Below are positions 9,935 to 19,535 of a stretch of DNA of 64,000 nucleotides, piece after piece (position 1 is the stretch's first letter; every line of letters starts with the position of its first letter). The notes beneath the pieces are model-generated. The model was not told the origin of the DNA, did no database searches, and saw nothing but the letters and a program-made list of their open reading frames with translations. The translations under genes and the position numbers were made by a program. This stretch comes from Acidaminococcus fermentans (lineage in GTDB: Bacteria; Bacillota_I; Bacilli_A; RF39; UBA660), in the NCBI GenBank assembly GCA_963660495.1, contig CAVKYO010000006.1, forward strand, positions 1,810-65,809, written 5' to 3'.

Positions 9935-11248
9935 TTATAAATTTCTTTTAATTAGTTGATTTAATTCAACAGCATATTCCATCGGTAACTCTTCCCTAAA
10001 CTTTTCTAAGAAACCTAAAACAATTAATTCCATAGCTCTCTCTTCAGAAATACCTTTACTCATCATATAAAACAAATTATCATCACTTATTTTAGAAACA
10101 GTTGCTTCATGTTCAATACTACTACTCAAATTAAAACAAGAATTAACAGGTATTGTATCACTCTTAGAGACTTCATCTAAAATCAAAGTATCACATTTAA
10201 CATTACCAATACTATTACTAGCTGAAGAATTAATTAAAACTTTACCTCTATAAGTAGCATTTCCAGAATTTCTAGCAATACTCTTAGAAATAATATTACT
10301 CTTCGTATTTTTACCGAGATGAATCATTCTAGCACCAGAATCTTGTTCTTGACCTTTTGAGGCTACACTAATAGTAATACAAGTACCATTAGAATTATCA
10401 CCCTTAAGTACACAACATGGATACTTCATTGTAACCTTACTCCCAATATTACCATCTATCCATTCCATAGTACCATTATCATCGACTAAAGCCCTTTTAG
10501 TAACTAAATTATAAACATTAGGAGCCCAGTTTTGAATAGTTGAATAACGACACCTGCTATTCTTACCAACATATATTTCAACAACCGCAGCATGTAAAGA
10601 GGATTCACTATAAGTAGGAGCAGTACATCCTTCTATATAATGTAAATCACTATTATCATCAACAATTATCAAAGTTCTTTCAAACTGACCCATGTTCTTA
10701 CTATTAATTCTAAAATAACTTTGTAACGGTCTATCTAATTTAGTATTCTTAGGTACATAGATGAAACTTCCTCCTGAAAATACTGCTCCATTTAAAGCTG
10801 CAAACTTATTTTCTGAAGCATTAACTATCTTACCAAAATACTTTTTAACTAAGTCTGGATAATTTTTCATAGCCATTTCAATAGAAGTAAAAATAACCTT
10901 TTTCTTTTCAAGTTCCTCTAACATACTATGATATATTACTTCGCTTTCATATTGAACACCCATACCGCCAAGATGTTTTTCACTTTCTAAGACACCAAGT
11001 GAATCAAGCTCATCAACGACCGGTTTCAATACATTATTCCAATCACTCTTAATAGCTTCATCTTGTTCATTAGCTTTATAGTAAATAATAGAAGAAAAAT
11101 CCAAATCAATCTTAGGTCCAAACTCTGGCATTCCTAATTCTTCAAACTTTTCATAACTATCAAGTCTAATTTTTTTTATCCAAGAATCTTCTTTCTTTAT
11201 ATTAGAAATTAACTCTACTTTTTTTCTATCTATTCCTTTAATTTCCAT
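9935..11248 (-). CDS. sufB: Fe-S cluster assembly protein SufB
   Basis: The C-terminal FYMMSKGISEERAMELIVLGFL SufB/D signature and its position at the end of the suf operon. Confidence 0.8.
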   Translation of the reverse strand: MEIKGIDRKKVELISNIKKEDSWIKKIRLDSYEKFEELGMPEFGPKIDLDFSSIIYYKANEQDEAIKSDWNNVLKPVVDELDSLGVLESEKHLGGMGVQYESEVIYHSMLEELEKKKVIFTSIEMAMKNYPDLVKKYFGKIVNASENKFAALNGAVFSGGSFIYVPKNTKLDRPLQSYFRINSKNMGQFERTLIIVDDNSDLHYIEGCTAPTYSESSLHAAVVEIYVGKNSRCRYSTIQNWAPNVYNLVTKRALVDDNGTMEWIDGNIGSKVTMKYPCCVLKGDNSNGTCITISVASKGQEQDSGARMIHLGKNTKSNIISKSIARNSGNATYRGKVLINSSASNSIGNVKCDTLILDEVSKSDTIPVNSCFNLSSSIEHEATVSKISDDNLFYMMSKGISEERAMELIVLGFLEKFREELPMEYAVELNQLIKRNL

Positions 11249-11255
11249 ATTATCA

Positions 11256-11786
11256 TCAACCTTTTTTTACTTTTCGCATACCTCTTTCATTAAAAAACTC
11301 TTTTACTATAGCAGCTGACTTCTTATCCTTTTCTAATAATTTTCTCATTTTAACTGGACCTCTCATAGCAAGTAGTCTTTCTCTAGCAACATTTTCACGT
11401 CCTAAAAAATAATGATCAGATCTTAAAACGTAATTTTCTAAAGCCTCATAACTAACATAAGAACCATAAACATCTGAAAAATCATCATCAGTTAAAACTA
11501 AACAAGGTCCAGACTCTATTTCTCCAAAAACATGTTCCATTTTTGTACCATAGTCAAATCCATATGTATCGCAACAACTATAGAATCTACTTCTTTTAAA
11601 AACTAAATCAAAGTCTTCCAATCCAAATATATTAACATATTTAGTACCCTTAAAAGTAGGAATATCTTTATCATCAACTTCATATAAAATTGCATAAGCT
11701 CTTGGTCCAAATACTTCTACTCCATTATGCTCTTTATCAAAATATCTAACTTCTGCTAACTTAAGTTTTTTAGTGTCTATTTTCAT
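11256..11786 (-). CDS. Hypothetical protein embedded in the suf operon between sufU and sufB
   Basis: 176 aa from the ATG at 11786, with a GGAGGT RBS 7 nt upstream. No recognisable motif. It contains a CC dyad (FYSCCDTYGF). Confidence 0.45.
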   Translation of the reverse strand: MKIDTKKLKLAEVRYFDKEHNGVEVFGPRAYAILYEVDDKDIPTFKGTKYVNIFGLEDFDLVFKRSRFYSCCDTYGFDYGTKMEHVFGEIESGPCLVLTDDDFSDVYGSYVSYEALENYVLRSDHYFLGRENVARERLLAMRGPVKMRKLLEKDKKSAAIVKEFFNERGMRKVKKG

Positions 11787-12207
11787 TATCCAATACCTCC
11801 CAAATCTTATCCATTGCTTTATAAGGAATAAGAGCACAACCTTTTCTATTAGGTTGCTTACAAACTTCATCATACACTATAAGTTCACCTAACAAATCCT
11901 TATCATATTCTTTTTCATTAATCATATTTTGATAATTAACTAAAATCTTTTTAGCCTCTTCAACACTTTTTCCCAGTAATGTCCTAATCATAATAGAAGT
12001 TGCTGAAGTACTAATAGCACAAGCTTCTCCATCAAAACAAATATCTTCTAGTTTTCCATCAACAATTTTTACCATTACATCCAAATCATCAATGCAACTT
12101 TCACTATTAGTATTAACCTTAATATAACTATCATCTTCAACTAATCCTTTATTCATAGGATCTTGATAATTATCTAAAATTATTTCTCTTTTTAAATTAT
12201 TATCCAT
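11770..12207 (-). CDS. sufU: SufU/IscU-type sulfur-transfer scaffold protein
   Basis: Conserved Cys/Asp ligands CIDDLDV...CFDGEACAISTSATS are typical of SufU (NifU-like). Confidence 0.8.
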   Translation of the reverse strand: MDNNLKREIILDNYQDPMNKGLVEDDSYIKVNTNSESCIDDLDVMVKIVDGKLEDICFDGEACAISTSATSIMIRTLLGKSVEEAKKILVNYQNMINEKEYDKDLLGELIVYDEVCKQPNRKGCALIPYKAMDKIWEVLDNENRH

Positions 12208-12222
12208 ATAAAGCCCCCTATA

Positions 12223-13419
12223 CTATAGTACTATTTTAAATATATCATGACTATTTTTTAAAGCCTCAACTAATTTTAAAACATCTTCTTTAGTATTATA
12301 TAAATACATACTAACTCTAACTGTATTCTTTATATTAATTTCATCTTTAAGCATCTTAGCACAATGATTACCTGCTCTAACATAGATATGATAATGATTT
12401 AAATATATAGAACTTTCTTGAGCAAAAACTCCATCTATATTAAATGCTAATATACCAGACTTTGAATTTCTATTATATAAAACTATATTAGGTATCTTTT
12501 CTAATTCACTAACTAAGAACTCTTTTAATTCTTGTTCATGTTTCTCAATTTTTTCCATACCTATACTCATCAAATACTCAATAGCTCTTTTTAAACCTAT
12601 TACTTCAGCAATTGCTGGAGTTCCTGCTTCTAACTTAGTAGGTGCATTTTTTAATTCATAACTATTATCTGTTTCAAAGTACTGATTCATTCCACCTCCG
12701 TAGCATAAAGGTTCCATCTCCTGCAACAAATCATACTTTCCTACCAACACTCCAACACCTGTAGGACCAAGCATTTTATGTCCAGAAAAACTCAAGAAAT
12801 CCATATTTGCTTTTTTAAAATCAACTTTTAAATGTGGAACACTTTGAGCTCCATCTACACAAAAGTAAATATTTTTATCCCTACAAATTTCACCTATAGC
12901 ATAAACGTCTCTAACATCACCAATAACATTAGTAACATGAGCAATTGATATAACCTTTGTCATATCAGTAACACTATTTAAAACACTAGAGACAGGTAAT
13001 GAATAATCATCATCTAAATCCATATATTTAATAACTATCCCAATTTCTTCACTTAACTTTATCCAAGGTAAAACATTAGATGCATGCTCTGACTTAGTAA
13101 GTAAAACTTCATCTCCTGCTTTTAAATGTTTTCTCATAAAACCAAAGACAACCATATTAATAGACATAGTAGTACCAGACGTAAAAACAACTTCATCAGA
13201 CGAATTACAATTAATAAATTCTTTCACTACATCTCTTGTCCCATCATACAATTTATTAGTAATAACAGCGGCATCATAATCACCTCTATGAATATTAGAA
13301 GTATGTTCTTGATAATACTTAATCATACTATCAACTACACATTTAGGTTTTAATGTCGTAGCTCCATTATCAAAATAAACAATATCTTCCTTTAACATTG
13401 GAAAATCTTCTCTATTCAA
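12223..13419 (-). CDS. sufS: Cysteine desulfurase SufS (class V aminotransferase)
   Basis: PLP-lysine motif SFSGHKMLGPTG and active-site Cys in RAGNHCA. 398 aa. Confidence 0.85.
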   Translation of the reverse strand: MNREDFPMLKEDIVYFDNGATTLKPKCVVDSMIKYYQEHTSNIHRGDYDAAVITNKLYDGTRDVVKEFINCNSSDEVVFTSGTTMSINMVVFGFMRKHLKAGDEVLLTKSEHASNVLPWIKLSEEIGIVIKYMDLDDDYSLPVSSVLNSVTDMTKVISIAHVTNVIGDVRDVYAIGEICRDKNIYFCVDGAQSVPHLKVDFKKANMDFLSFSGHKMLGPTGVGVLVGKYDLLQEMEPLCYGGGMNQYFETDNSYELKNAPTKLEAGTPAIAEVIGLKRAIEYLMSIGMEKIEKHEQELKEFLVSELEKIPNIVLYNRNSKSGILAFNIDGVFAQESSIYLNHYHIYVRAGNHCAKMLKDEINIKNTVRVSMYLYNTKEDVLKLVEALKNSHDIFKIVL

Positions 13420-13430
13420 AATATCACCTC

Positions 13431-14009
13431 CTAAATATTTTCTATTTCTTTTACAAATTCATCTATTCTAGATAAATCAATACTATCAGAATTAATTAAA
13501 AATCCATTTAACAATAATCTATAAGCTACATCTAAAGAAATACCTCTACTCATCATATAAAACATAACTTCATCCTTAAATTTACCAATGTAAGCTGCAT
13601 GATTACTTAAAACATCATAATTATCAATAAGCAAATTAGGACATATTGTACTTTTACCATTATTCATATTAATAATTTGATTTTCTTGGTTACAAATACA
13701 TTTACTACTTTTCTTTGGTACAACTCCATCAACAAGATAAGAAAGTTTGTTATTTAAAACATTAACACCATGATTAAATACCTCACTATGTGTATTACAA
13801 GCATTATGATTAATTCTAATTTTAAAAGTATTATCATCATAATTAATATTATTGTAATAGTAATAAATACTAACTCCATAAACATCTAAATCAATAGTAA
13901 CATCACTACTACTATTTATTGAAAAATGATATATAACAGTATCTTCTTTTATATTATATTTATAATTACTATTCTTGTTATTATCTACAATATATAATAT
14001 CTTACTCAT
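13431..14009 (-). CDS. sufD: Minimal SufD-like protein (beta-helix plus C-terminal domain only)
   Basis: 192 aa carrying only the C-terminal SufB/D signature FYMMSRGISLDVAYRLLLNGFL. A typical SufD is ~430 aa. Confidence 0.55.
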   Translation of the reverse strand: MSKILYIVDNNKNSNYKYNIKEDTVIYHFSINSSSDVTIDLDVYGVSIYYYYNNINYDDNTFKIRINHNACNTHSEVFNHGVNVLNNKLSYLVDGVVPKKSSKCICNQENQIINMNNGKSTICPNLLIDNYDVLSNHAAYIGKFKDEVMFYMMSRGISLDVAYRLLLNGFLINSDSIDLSRIDEFVKEIENI

Positions 14010-14766
14010 TTTCTTCGTTTCCTATCATAGCATTAATACCATTATAACCAGTTTTTTCTATTTCATAAGCTAAATCCATAGTACCAGTTTTAACAATTTT
14101 ACCATCTCTCATAACATGTACATAACTTGGCTTAATATAATTTAATACTCTTGTATAATGTGTAATAATTAAAACTGATGTATCCGGATTTTCTTTTAAA
14201 TATTCATTAATATTTTCACAAACTATTCTTAAACTATCTACGTCTAATCCAGAATCTAACTCATCTAAAATAATGAATTTAGGTTTCAAAAGAATCATCT
14301 GTAATATCTCATTTTTCTTTTTTTCTCCGCCAGAAAATCCTTTATTTAAAGATCTATGTAACATACTACTATCAAGTTCTACTTTTTTCATAGTATCTTC
14401 CATATTTTTTATAAATGTATATAAATTAACTTTTTCTCCATTAACTTCTCCTAAAGCGGTTCTTAAAAACTCACTATTAGAAACACCATCTATAACTGTT
14501 GGATCCTGCATACATAAAAATATCCCTTTTCTTGCTCTTTCATAAACTGGTAATTTTAATATACTTTCTCCTGAAAATAAAATATCTCCATCTGTAACTT
14601 CATACATGTAGTTACCAAGTATAACTTTTGAAAGCGTACTTTTTCCAGTACCATTAGGACCCATGATAGCGTGTATTTCACCAGGCTTAATATTTAATGA
14701 AACACCATTAAGTATTTCTTTATCTGTATCTTTTATTTTTGCACATAAATTATTAATTTCTATCAT
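14002..14766 (-). CDS. sufC: Fe-S cluster assembly ATPase SufC
   Basis: Walker A GPNGTGKST, ABC signature LNKGFSGGEKK, Walker B ILDELDSGLD. Confidence 0.85.
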   Translation of the reverse strand: MIEINNLCAKIKDTDKEILNGVSLNIKPGEIHAIMGPNGTGKSTLSKVILGNYMYEVTDGDILFSGESILKLPVYERARKGIFLCMQDPTVIDGVSNSEFLRTALGEVNGEKVNLYTFIKNMEDTMKKVELDSSMLHRSLNKGFSGGEKKKNEILQMILLKPKFIILDELDSGLDVDSLRIVCENINEYLKENPDTSVLIITHYTRVLNYIKPSYVHVMRDGKIVKTGTMDLAYEIEKTGYNGINAMIGNEENE

Positions 14767-14883
14767 AAATGCATCTCTCCAGTCAACACCATATATTATA
14801 CCAAAAAATCTAAAAATTTGTTGAAAAATAAGTAAAAAAGAAAAAAAATTAAAAAAGAGCTTATACTGCTCTTCCCAAAATAA

Positions 14884-16284
14884 TTATTTAATATTAATAC
14901 TATTGTCATCGCCTAACAAGTTTTTAGCATCAGCTATTAATTTAGCTAAATCACCTTTACCAGCAACCTGTCCTTTTAAAGTACTAATCTCACTTTCCAA
15001 TTTTGAAATAGTATCATTAAGTCTACTATTTTCTTTTTCTAAAGCTCTAACTTTCTTTCTAAGAATTTCACCAGCTTCAACTAAAGTTCTATTTTCCTCA
15101 AAGGCTTTTCTCTTAAATTTCATTAAACTTTCAATTTGTTCTTCCTGACTAGAAATTAATTCTTTTTGTTCTTTATTTTGGCTTATTAAACTAGCCATAA
15201 CTTCAGCTGTATCTTCAATAATATTATCACTTAATCCGCGATTTTCATCATTATTCAAAGACATACCAGAAAATAGTGAATGATTATTAACAATATCTTC
15301 ATCTTCATCGTCTTCTTCTTTTTCTTCGCTTATATTTTCTTTTTCTACTTCACTAGCTTTATCTTTAAATAATGAAACTCTCTTAGCCGTAGCAGTAGGA
15401 ACTATAGGTGTAGGAATAATTATTTTTTCTTTTTCATCAATTGTTTCTTCTTTATCATCATTTTCTACAGTAAGTTCTTCTTTATCTTCAACTTCATTTT
15501 CATTATCTACAACAGTATCAGGAAACTCATCACTCTCAACTAAAGTATCTTTAAAACTAATTTCATGAAGCTCTTCTTCATTATTTTCTTCTTCTACCTT
15601 GCTCATAGCTTTATCTATTTCTTCTTTAGGAACAACTAAAGACTGAACATCTAATTCATCTTCAACATTCTTTTCTTCTTCAACAACTTTTTCCTCAATT
15701 TTTTCTTCTTTTTCTTTTTTTAATGAATAAGTAACAACATCAGTATCAGCAGTATTACCTGCTAAATATAAAATATCATTATTATATCCAATAAAACTAT
15801 ATAATTTATTATCTAACAAATTATTACCATCTAAATCATAAACACTAGCTTCTGAAAACTGATCATTAAAAAGGAATCTTCCATTAGGACCCATTTTCGC
15901 ATTAATCTTTTCTTTAATTGCGGCAGGTGTTGTAACTAATTTAGTAGCTGCTAAAGGATCTCTTCTCATACCAGCAGCCTCAATAACACTTTTAGTAACA
16001 GGCTTAGAAACCTCGACTAACATCGCCTCATCACCAACTGGTTTAACAGCTTTATTTTTAAATGGAACAATAATTTTTCCATCACTATCAATAACACCAA
16101 TATTAGATGCCAAAACCAATGGATCAATAGCTTCTACTAACGCAGTAGACGCAACAATACGACCTTTACCCAATTTTTCTCCATCCAAGAAATAATATTG
16201 TTTACCATCTTCTAAACATCCATATGTACAAACAATATCACTACGATCTTTATATTTAACTTGACCCTTTTGAACTTGCATCAT
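14884..16284 (-). CDS. Hypothetical acidic coiled-coil protein: globular N-domain, D/E-rich linker, C-terminal coiled coil
   Basis: The start was chosen at MMQVQKGQ, where a GGTGGTG RBS lies upstream. Residues ~200-380 are extremely D/E-rich. The C-terminus has heptad-like repeats (LESEISTLKGQ). Confidence 0.45.
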   Translation of the reverse strand: MMQVQKGQVKYKDRSDIVCTYGCLEDGKQYYFLDGEKLGKGRIVASTALVEAIDPLVLASNIGVIDSDGKIIVPFKNKAVKPVGDEAMLVEVSKPVTKSVIEAAGMRRDPLAATKLVTTPAAIKEKINAKMGPNGRFLFNDQFSEASVYDLDGNNLLDNKLYSFIGYNNDILYLAGNTADTDVVTYSLKKEKEEKIEEKVVEEEKNVEDELDVQSLVVPKEEIDKAMSKVEEENNEEELHEISFKDTLVESDEFPDTVVDNENEVEDKEELTVENDDKEETIDEKEKIIIPTPIVPTATAKRVSLFKDKASEVEKENISEEKEEDDEDEDIVNNHSLFSGMSLNNDENRGLSDNIIEDTAEVMASLISQNKEQKELISSQEEQIESLMKFKRKAFEENRTLVEAGEILRKKVRALEKENSRLNDTISKLESEISTLKGQVAGKGDLAKLIADAKNLLGDDNSINIK

Positions 16285-16429
16285 AATTACACCACCTATT
16301 TTATTCTCATCATAATAATAGCATAAATAAGCACTCAAAACAATACTTAAGAACAAAATATCACAAAATTTTAAAAGATGAATAATTGAATTTTAATCAA
16401 TTTTAATATAAAATATACTTGGTGATAAG

Positions 16430-17185
16430 ATGAAAGAACAAAAAAAACTAACCATAAAAATGGCTATTTTCACATTTATAATTTTTGTATCATTTGGAAT
16501 TATAATATTAAATGAAAAATCAGCCCCATACTACGCATCAAGAATACATAAAAAAGTCTTAACTTATTTAAATGAAACATATAAAGAAGAAATAGAAACC
16601 TTTTCAATTGATGATACAAAATATAAAAACACAAAATACACAACAAAAGTAAAGTCAAAAAAAAATAAAAATTTATACTTCATAGTAACCTACAACAGTA
16701 AAAAGACAACTGATACATATAAAAAAGATTATTTAGAAGGCAAAACACTAATAAACACATTAGAAAAAAATCTAGAAAAAGACTTAAATAATAAATATAA
16801 AAAAGACTTTAAAATTACGTTTTATAAAACTCTAAATGCCCATTCCGGTCAAGTAAAAGAACACATCATAACAAAGAATACTTTTAAAGACCTAAAAGTA
16901 TATACACTAGAAACTACTATAAATAGTAAATGGAATACTAATGCTATTGGCAAAAGTCTTATTGATTTAAATACTAAACTAAAAGAAGAAAATATTACTC
17001 CTAAAAATTATCAAATAACCCTAACAAACACAAATAACTTAACTAAAAGTGTCAAAGTAAATAATATAACTTCAGAACAAATAGAAAATATAACATTACT
17101 AAATGATATAATTAGTGCTATAATAAAAGATGAAAACAGTGATATTTTAAAAGAAAATAATATTACTTATAAATATTTAAATTAA
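16430..17185 (+). CDS. Hypothetical membrane-anchored/secreted lysine-rich protein
   Basis: N-terminal TM/signal-anchor (IFTFIIFVSFGIIIL). Lysine-rich with no recognised motif. Confidence 0.4.
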   Translation: MKEQKKLTIKMAIFTFIIFVSFGIIILNEKSAPYYASRIHKKVLTYLNETYKEEIETFSIDDTKYKNTKYTTKVKSKKNKNLYFIVTYNSKKTTDTYKKDYLEGKTLINTLEKNLEKDLNNKYKKDFKITFYKTLNAHSGQVKEHIITKNTFKDLKVYTLETTINSKWNTNAIGKSLIDLNTKLKEENITPKNYQITLTNTNNLTKSVKVNNITSEQIENITLLNDIISAIIKDENSDILKENNITYKYLN

Positions 17186-17196
17186 GGAGGAAGAAA

Positions 17197-17595
17197 ATGA
17201 CTGATTGCTTATTTTGTAAAATAATTGCTGGTGAAATACCATCAAAAACTGTATATGAAGATGATTTAATAAAAGTAATAATGAACATTAACCCAAATAC
17301 TAATGGACATTTATTAATAATACCTAAAAAACATTATATTAATATCATGGACATCGACGAAAAAATTGTAACTCATAGTTTAGAAGTAACAAGAAATACC
17401 TTATATGACTTATTAAAAGAACGTCTTAATTGTGAAGGTCTAACTATTGCTGAAAACAATTTTCTAGGACAGGAAATAAAACATTTTCACATTCATCTAA
17501 TACCAAGGTATAAAGATGATAATGCTGACTTTGTTTATGATGAAAATAAAATATTACCTGTAGAAGAAGTATTTTCTAAATTAGAAAACAAGTAA
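17197..17595 (+). CDS. HIT-family (histidine triad) nucleotide hydrolase
   Basis: The HxHxH motif HFHIHLIP and the N-terminal DCLFCKI are typical of Hint/HIT proteins. A GGAGG RBS is present. Confidence 0.8.
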   Translation: MTDCLFCKIIAGEIPSKTVYEDDLIKVIMNINPNTNGHLLIIPKKHYINIMDIDEKIVTHSLEVTRNTLYDLLKERLNCEGLTIAENNFLGQEIKHFHIHLIPRYKDDNADFVYDENKILPVEEVFSKLENK

Positions 17596-18082
17596 TAATA
17601 ATATCAATAATAAACAAGATCAATACCAAAACTCCTAACCAGTTTGGTATTTTTTTTATAAGTTTATCTATTAAAGGTCTAATAACATACATAAATATAA
17701 AGATAAAAATAAGCCAAACTAAACTAATTTCTAATGCTATATAATGTCCAAAATTAAATTTAAGTCTACTATAATCCCAAAATATTTTACCAGTTAAAAC
17801 TTCAATTAAATTACCCGCTACCCATTCCATAAAAGTTAATACGATAACACAAAGAATTACTGTTAAAACTATTTTAATCCATCTCTTATACTTAGTTTCT
17901 TTAAAAATATAATCTGTAATAAAAACTATAATTACAGCACCAAGTCCATAAATAGGTATCCAAGGTCCAAAAAGTATTCCATTATTCATCCCATGAGAAA
18001 CAAATATTTTTAAAAGTGTCTCCATTATATATCCAAGGAAAGAACAAATAAAGAATATATCTAAATAATACATTAATATCAC
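17576..18082 (-). CDS. Hypothetical small polytopic membrane protein
   Basis: 168 aa with 4-5 TM helices. Family assignment is uncertain. Confidence 0.35.
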   Translation of the reverse strand: MILMYYLDIFFICSFLGYIMETLLKIFVSHGMNNGILFGPWIPIYGLGAVIIVFITDYIFKETKYKRWIKIVLTVILCVIVLTFMEWVAGNLIEVLTGKIFWDYSRLKFNFGHYIALEISLVWLIFIFIFMYVIRPLIDKLIKKIPNWLGVLVLILFIIDIIITCFLI

Positions 18083-18152
18083 CAGTATTATTATGAGTAA
18101 AAAATAAAAATATATGAAAAAAGATAAGAATATGAATTCTTACCTCTAAAAA

Positions 18153-18272
18153 TTAATAACTGACTATTCCTCCCAATACAATAACAAGTAAAATATAAAG
18201 AATTATAACTATTAAATAACCATTATTACTTTTTCTACAACCGCTTACTGTTTTATTATCAGAACAAGACAT
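18153..18272 (-). CDS. Tiny TM peptide (39 aa), YjcZ-like
   Basis: MSCSDNKTVSGCRKSNNGYLIVIILYILLVIVLGGIVSY. The sequence GGAGGTGTTTTG lies upstream of the ATG. It resembles the YjcZ/tiny_TM_bacill peptides, which have a G/C-rich head and an ILLII-type TM. Confidence 0.45.
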   Translation of the reverse strand: MSCSDNKTVSGCRKSNNGYLIVIILYILLVIVLGGIVSY

Positions 18273-18284
18273 CAAAACACCTCC

Positions 18285-18365
18285 TTAAATATAAGCACCT
18301 AATATAATGATTAAAAGAATAAATAATACTAAAATGATAGCTGATGAAGATACACAATTGTTCAT
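18285..18365 (-). CDS. Tiny TM peptide (26 aa), YjcZ-like
   Basis: MNNCVSSSAIILVLFILLIIILGAYI, with AAAGGAGG 7 nt upstream. Its TM core closely resembles the FALIVVLFILLIIVG core of YjcZ-family peptides. Confidence 0.5.
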   Translation of the reverse strand: MNNCVSSSAIILVLFILLIIILGAYI

Positions 18366-18498
18366 GTTTTTTCCTCCTTTTTTTATGCTTTCATCTTATT
18401 TTATGGTAAAACTCTAATTTGTGTGATTATATCCATCATATTTATTGCACGAATTTATTTTTTTTGCTATTATAAATAAGTGTATAGGGAGGAAAAAT

Positions 18499-19497
18499 AT
18501 GAAAAACAACAAATTATTTTTAGCGTTAAGTTCTCTTGCTGCTATTTCATTAGTCCTAACAGGATGTGGAAAAAAAGTTGAGCTTAAGGATGGAGAAAAT
18601 ACTGCAGTATCAATAAAAGGTGCCAAAATAACATCAAATCAATATTATGAAGAAATTAAAGAAGACAATATCGCAACACTAATTGATATGATTGATCACA
18701 AGTTATTAGACAAAACTTATAAGTCAGATGATGAAGAAGACGAATCTGTTGAAAAACAATTATCACAAATGAAAAAGAGCTATGGTTCTGATGAAGAAAC
18801 TTATATTAAAATTCTTCAACAATACTTTGGTGTAAATTCTGAAGACGAATTAGAAGAAATGTTAAGACTAGAATATAAAAGAAATAAAGCTGTTAAAGAA
18901 TATATTAGTGATAATTTAACTGACAAAGAAATTAAAAAATATTATGAAGATAATATCTATGGTGAAATTAAAGCCAGTCATATATTAATTTCAGTTGACG
19001 TTGAAGATGATGCTACTGATGAAGAAAAAGAAGAAGCTGATGAAGTAGCTTTAAAGAAAGCAAATGAAGTAATTAAAAAATTAAATAAAGGTAAAGACTT
19101 CGCAAAGCTTGCTAAAGAGTATTCAACAGATGAAGCTACTAAAGAAAAAGGCGGAGACTTAGGATACTTCCAACCAAGTGATATGTTAGATGAATTTTCA
19201 GCTGCCGTTAGAGAATTAAAAAAAGGTGAATATACTACTGAACCAGTTAAAACTCAATATGGATATCATATAATTTTAAAAGTAGACGAAAAAGAAAAAG
19301 CTGAATTAAAAGAAGTAAAATCTGAGATTAAAGAAAAATTAACAGCTCAAAAGTTACAAGAAGACAATTCACTATATTATCAAACTCTAGTTAAATATAG
19401 AGAAAGCAAAAAAATAACTTGGAAAGATGATTCATTAAAGAAACAATATAATGAATACATGGATAAGTTAATTGAAAATTCTAAATCATCAAGCTAA
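18499..19497 (+). CDS. prsA: Foldase lipoprotein PrsA (parvulin-type PPIase)
   Basis: Lipobox LTGCG after a signal peptide. The parvulin domain runs IKASHILISV...GGDLGYF...YGYHIILKV. The start at 18499 has a GGGAGG RBS. Confidence 0.8.
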   Translation: MKNNKLFLALSSLAAISLVLTGCGKKVELKDGENTAVSIKGAKITSNQYYEEIKEDNIATLIDMIDHKLLDKTYKSDDEEDESVEKQLSQMKKSYGSDEETYIKILQQYFGVNSEDELEEMLRLEYKRNKAVKEYISDNLTDKEIKKYYEDNIYGEIKASHILISVDVEDDATDEEKEEADEVALKKANEVIKKLNKGKDFAKLAKEYSTDEATKEKGGDLGYFQPSDMLDEFSAAVRELKKGEYTTEPVKTQYGYHIILKVDEKEKAELKEVKSEIKEKLTAQKLQEDNSLYYQTLVKYRESKKITWKDDSLKKQYNEYMDKLIENSKSSS

Positions 19498-19498
19498 A

Positions 19499-19535
19499 AA
19501 GCGCTAATTAATTAGCACTTTTTTCTTTATATAAC
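19499..19535. terminator. Bidirectional terminator between the convergent prsA and membrane-protein genes
   Basis: AAAAAGCGCTAATTAATTAGCACTTTTTTCTTT: a palindromic stem flanked by A-run and T-run. Confidence 0.55.
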
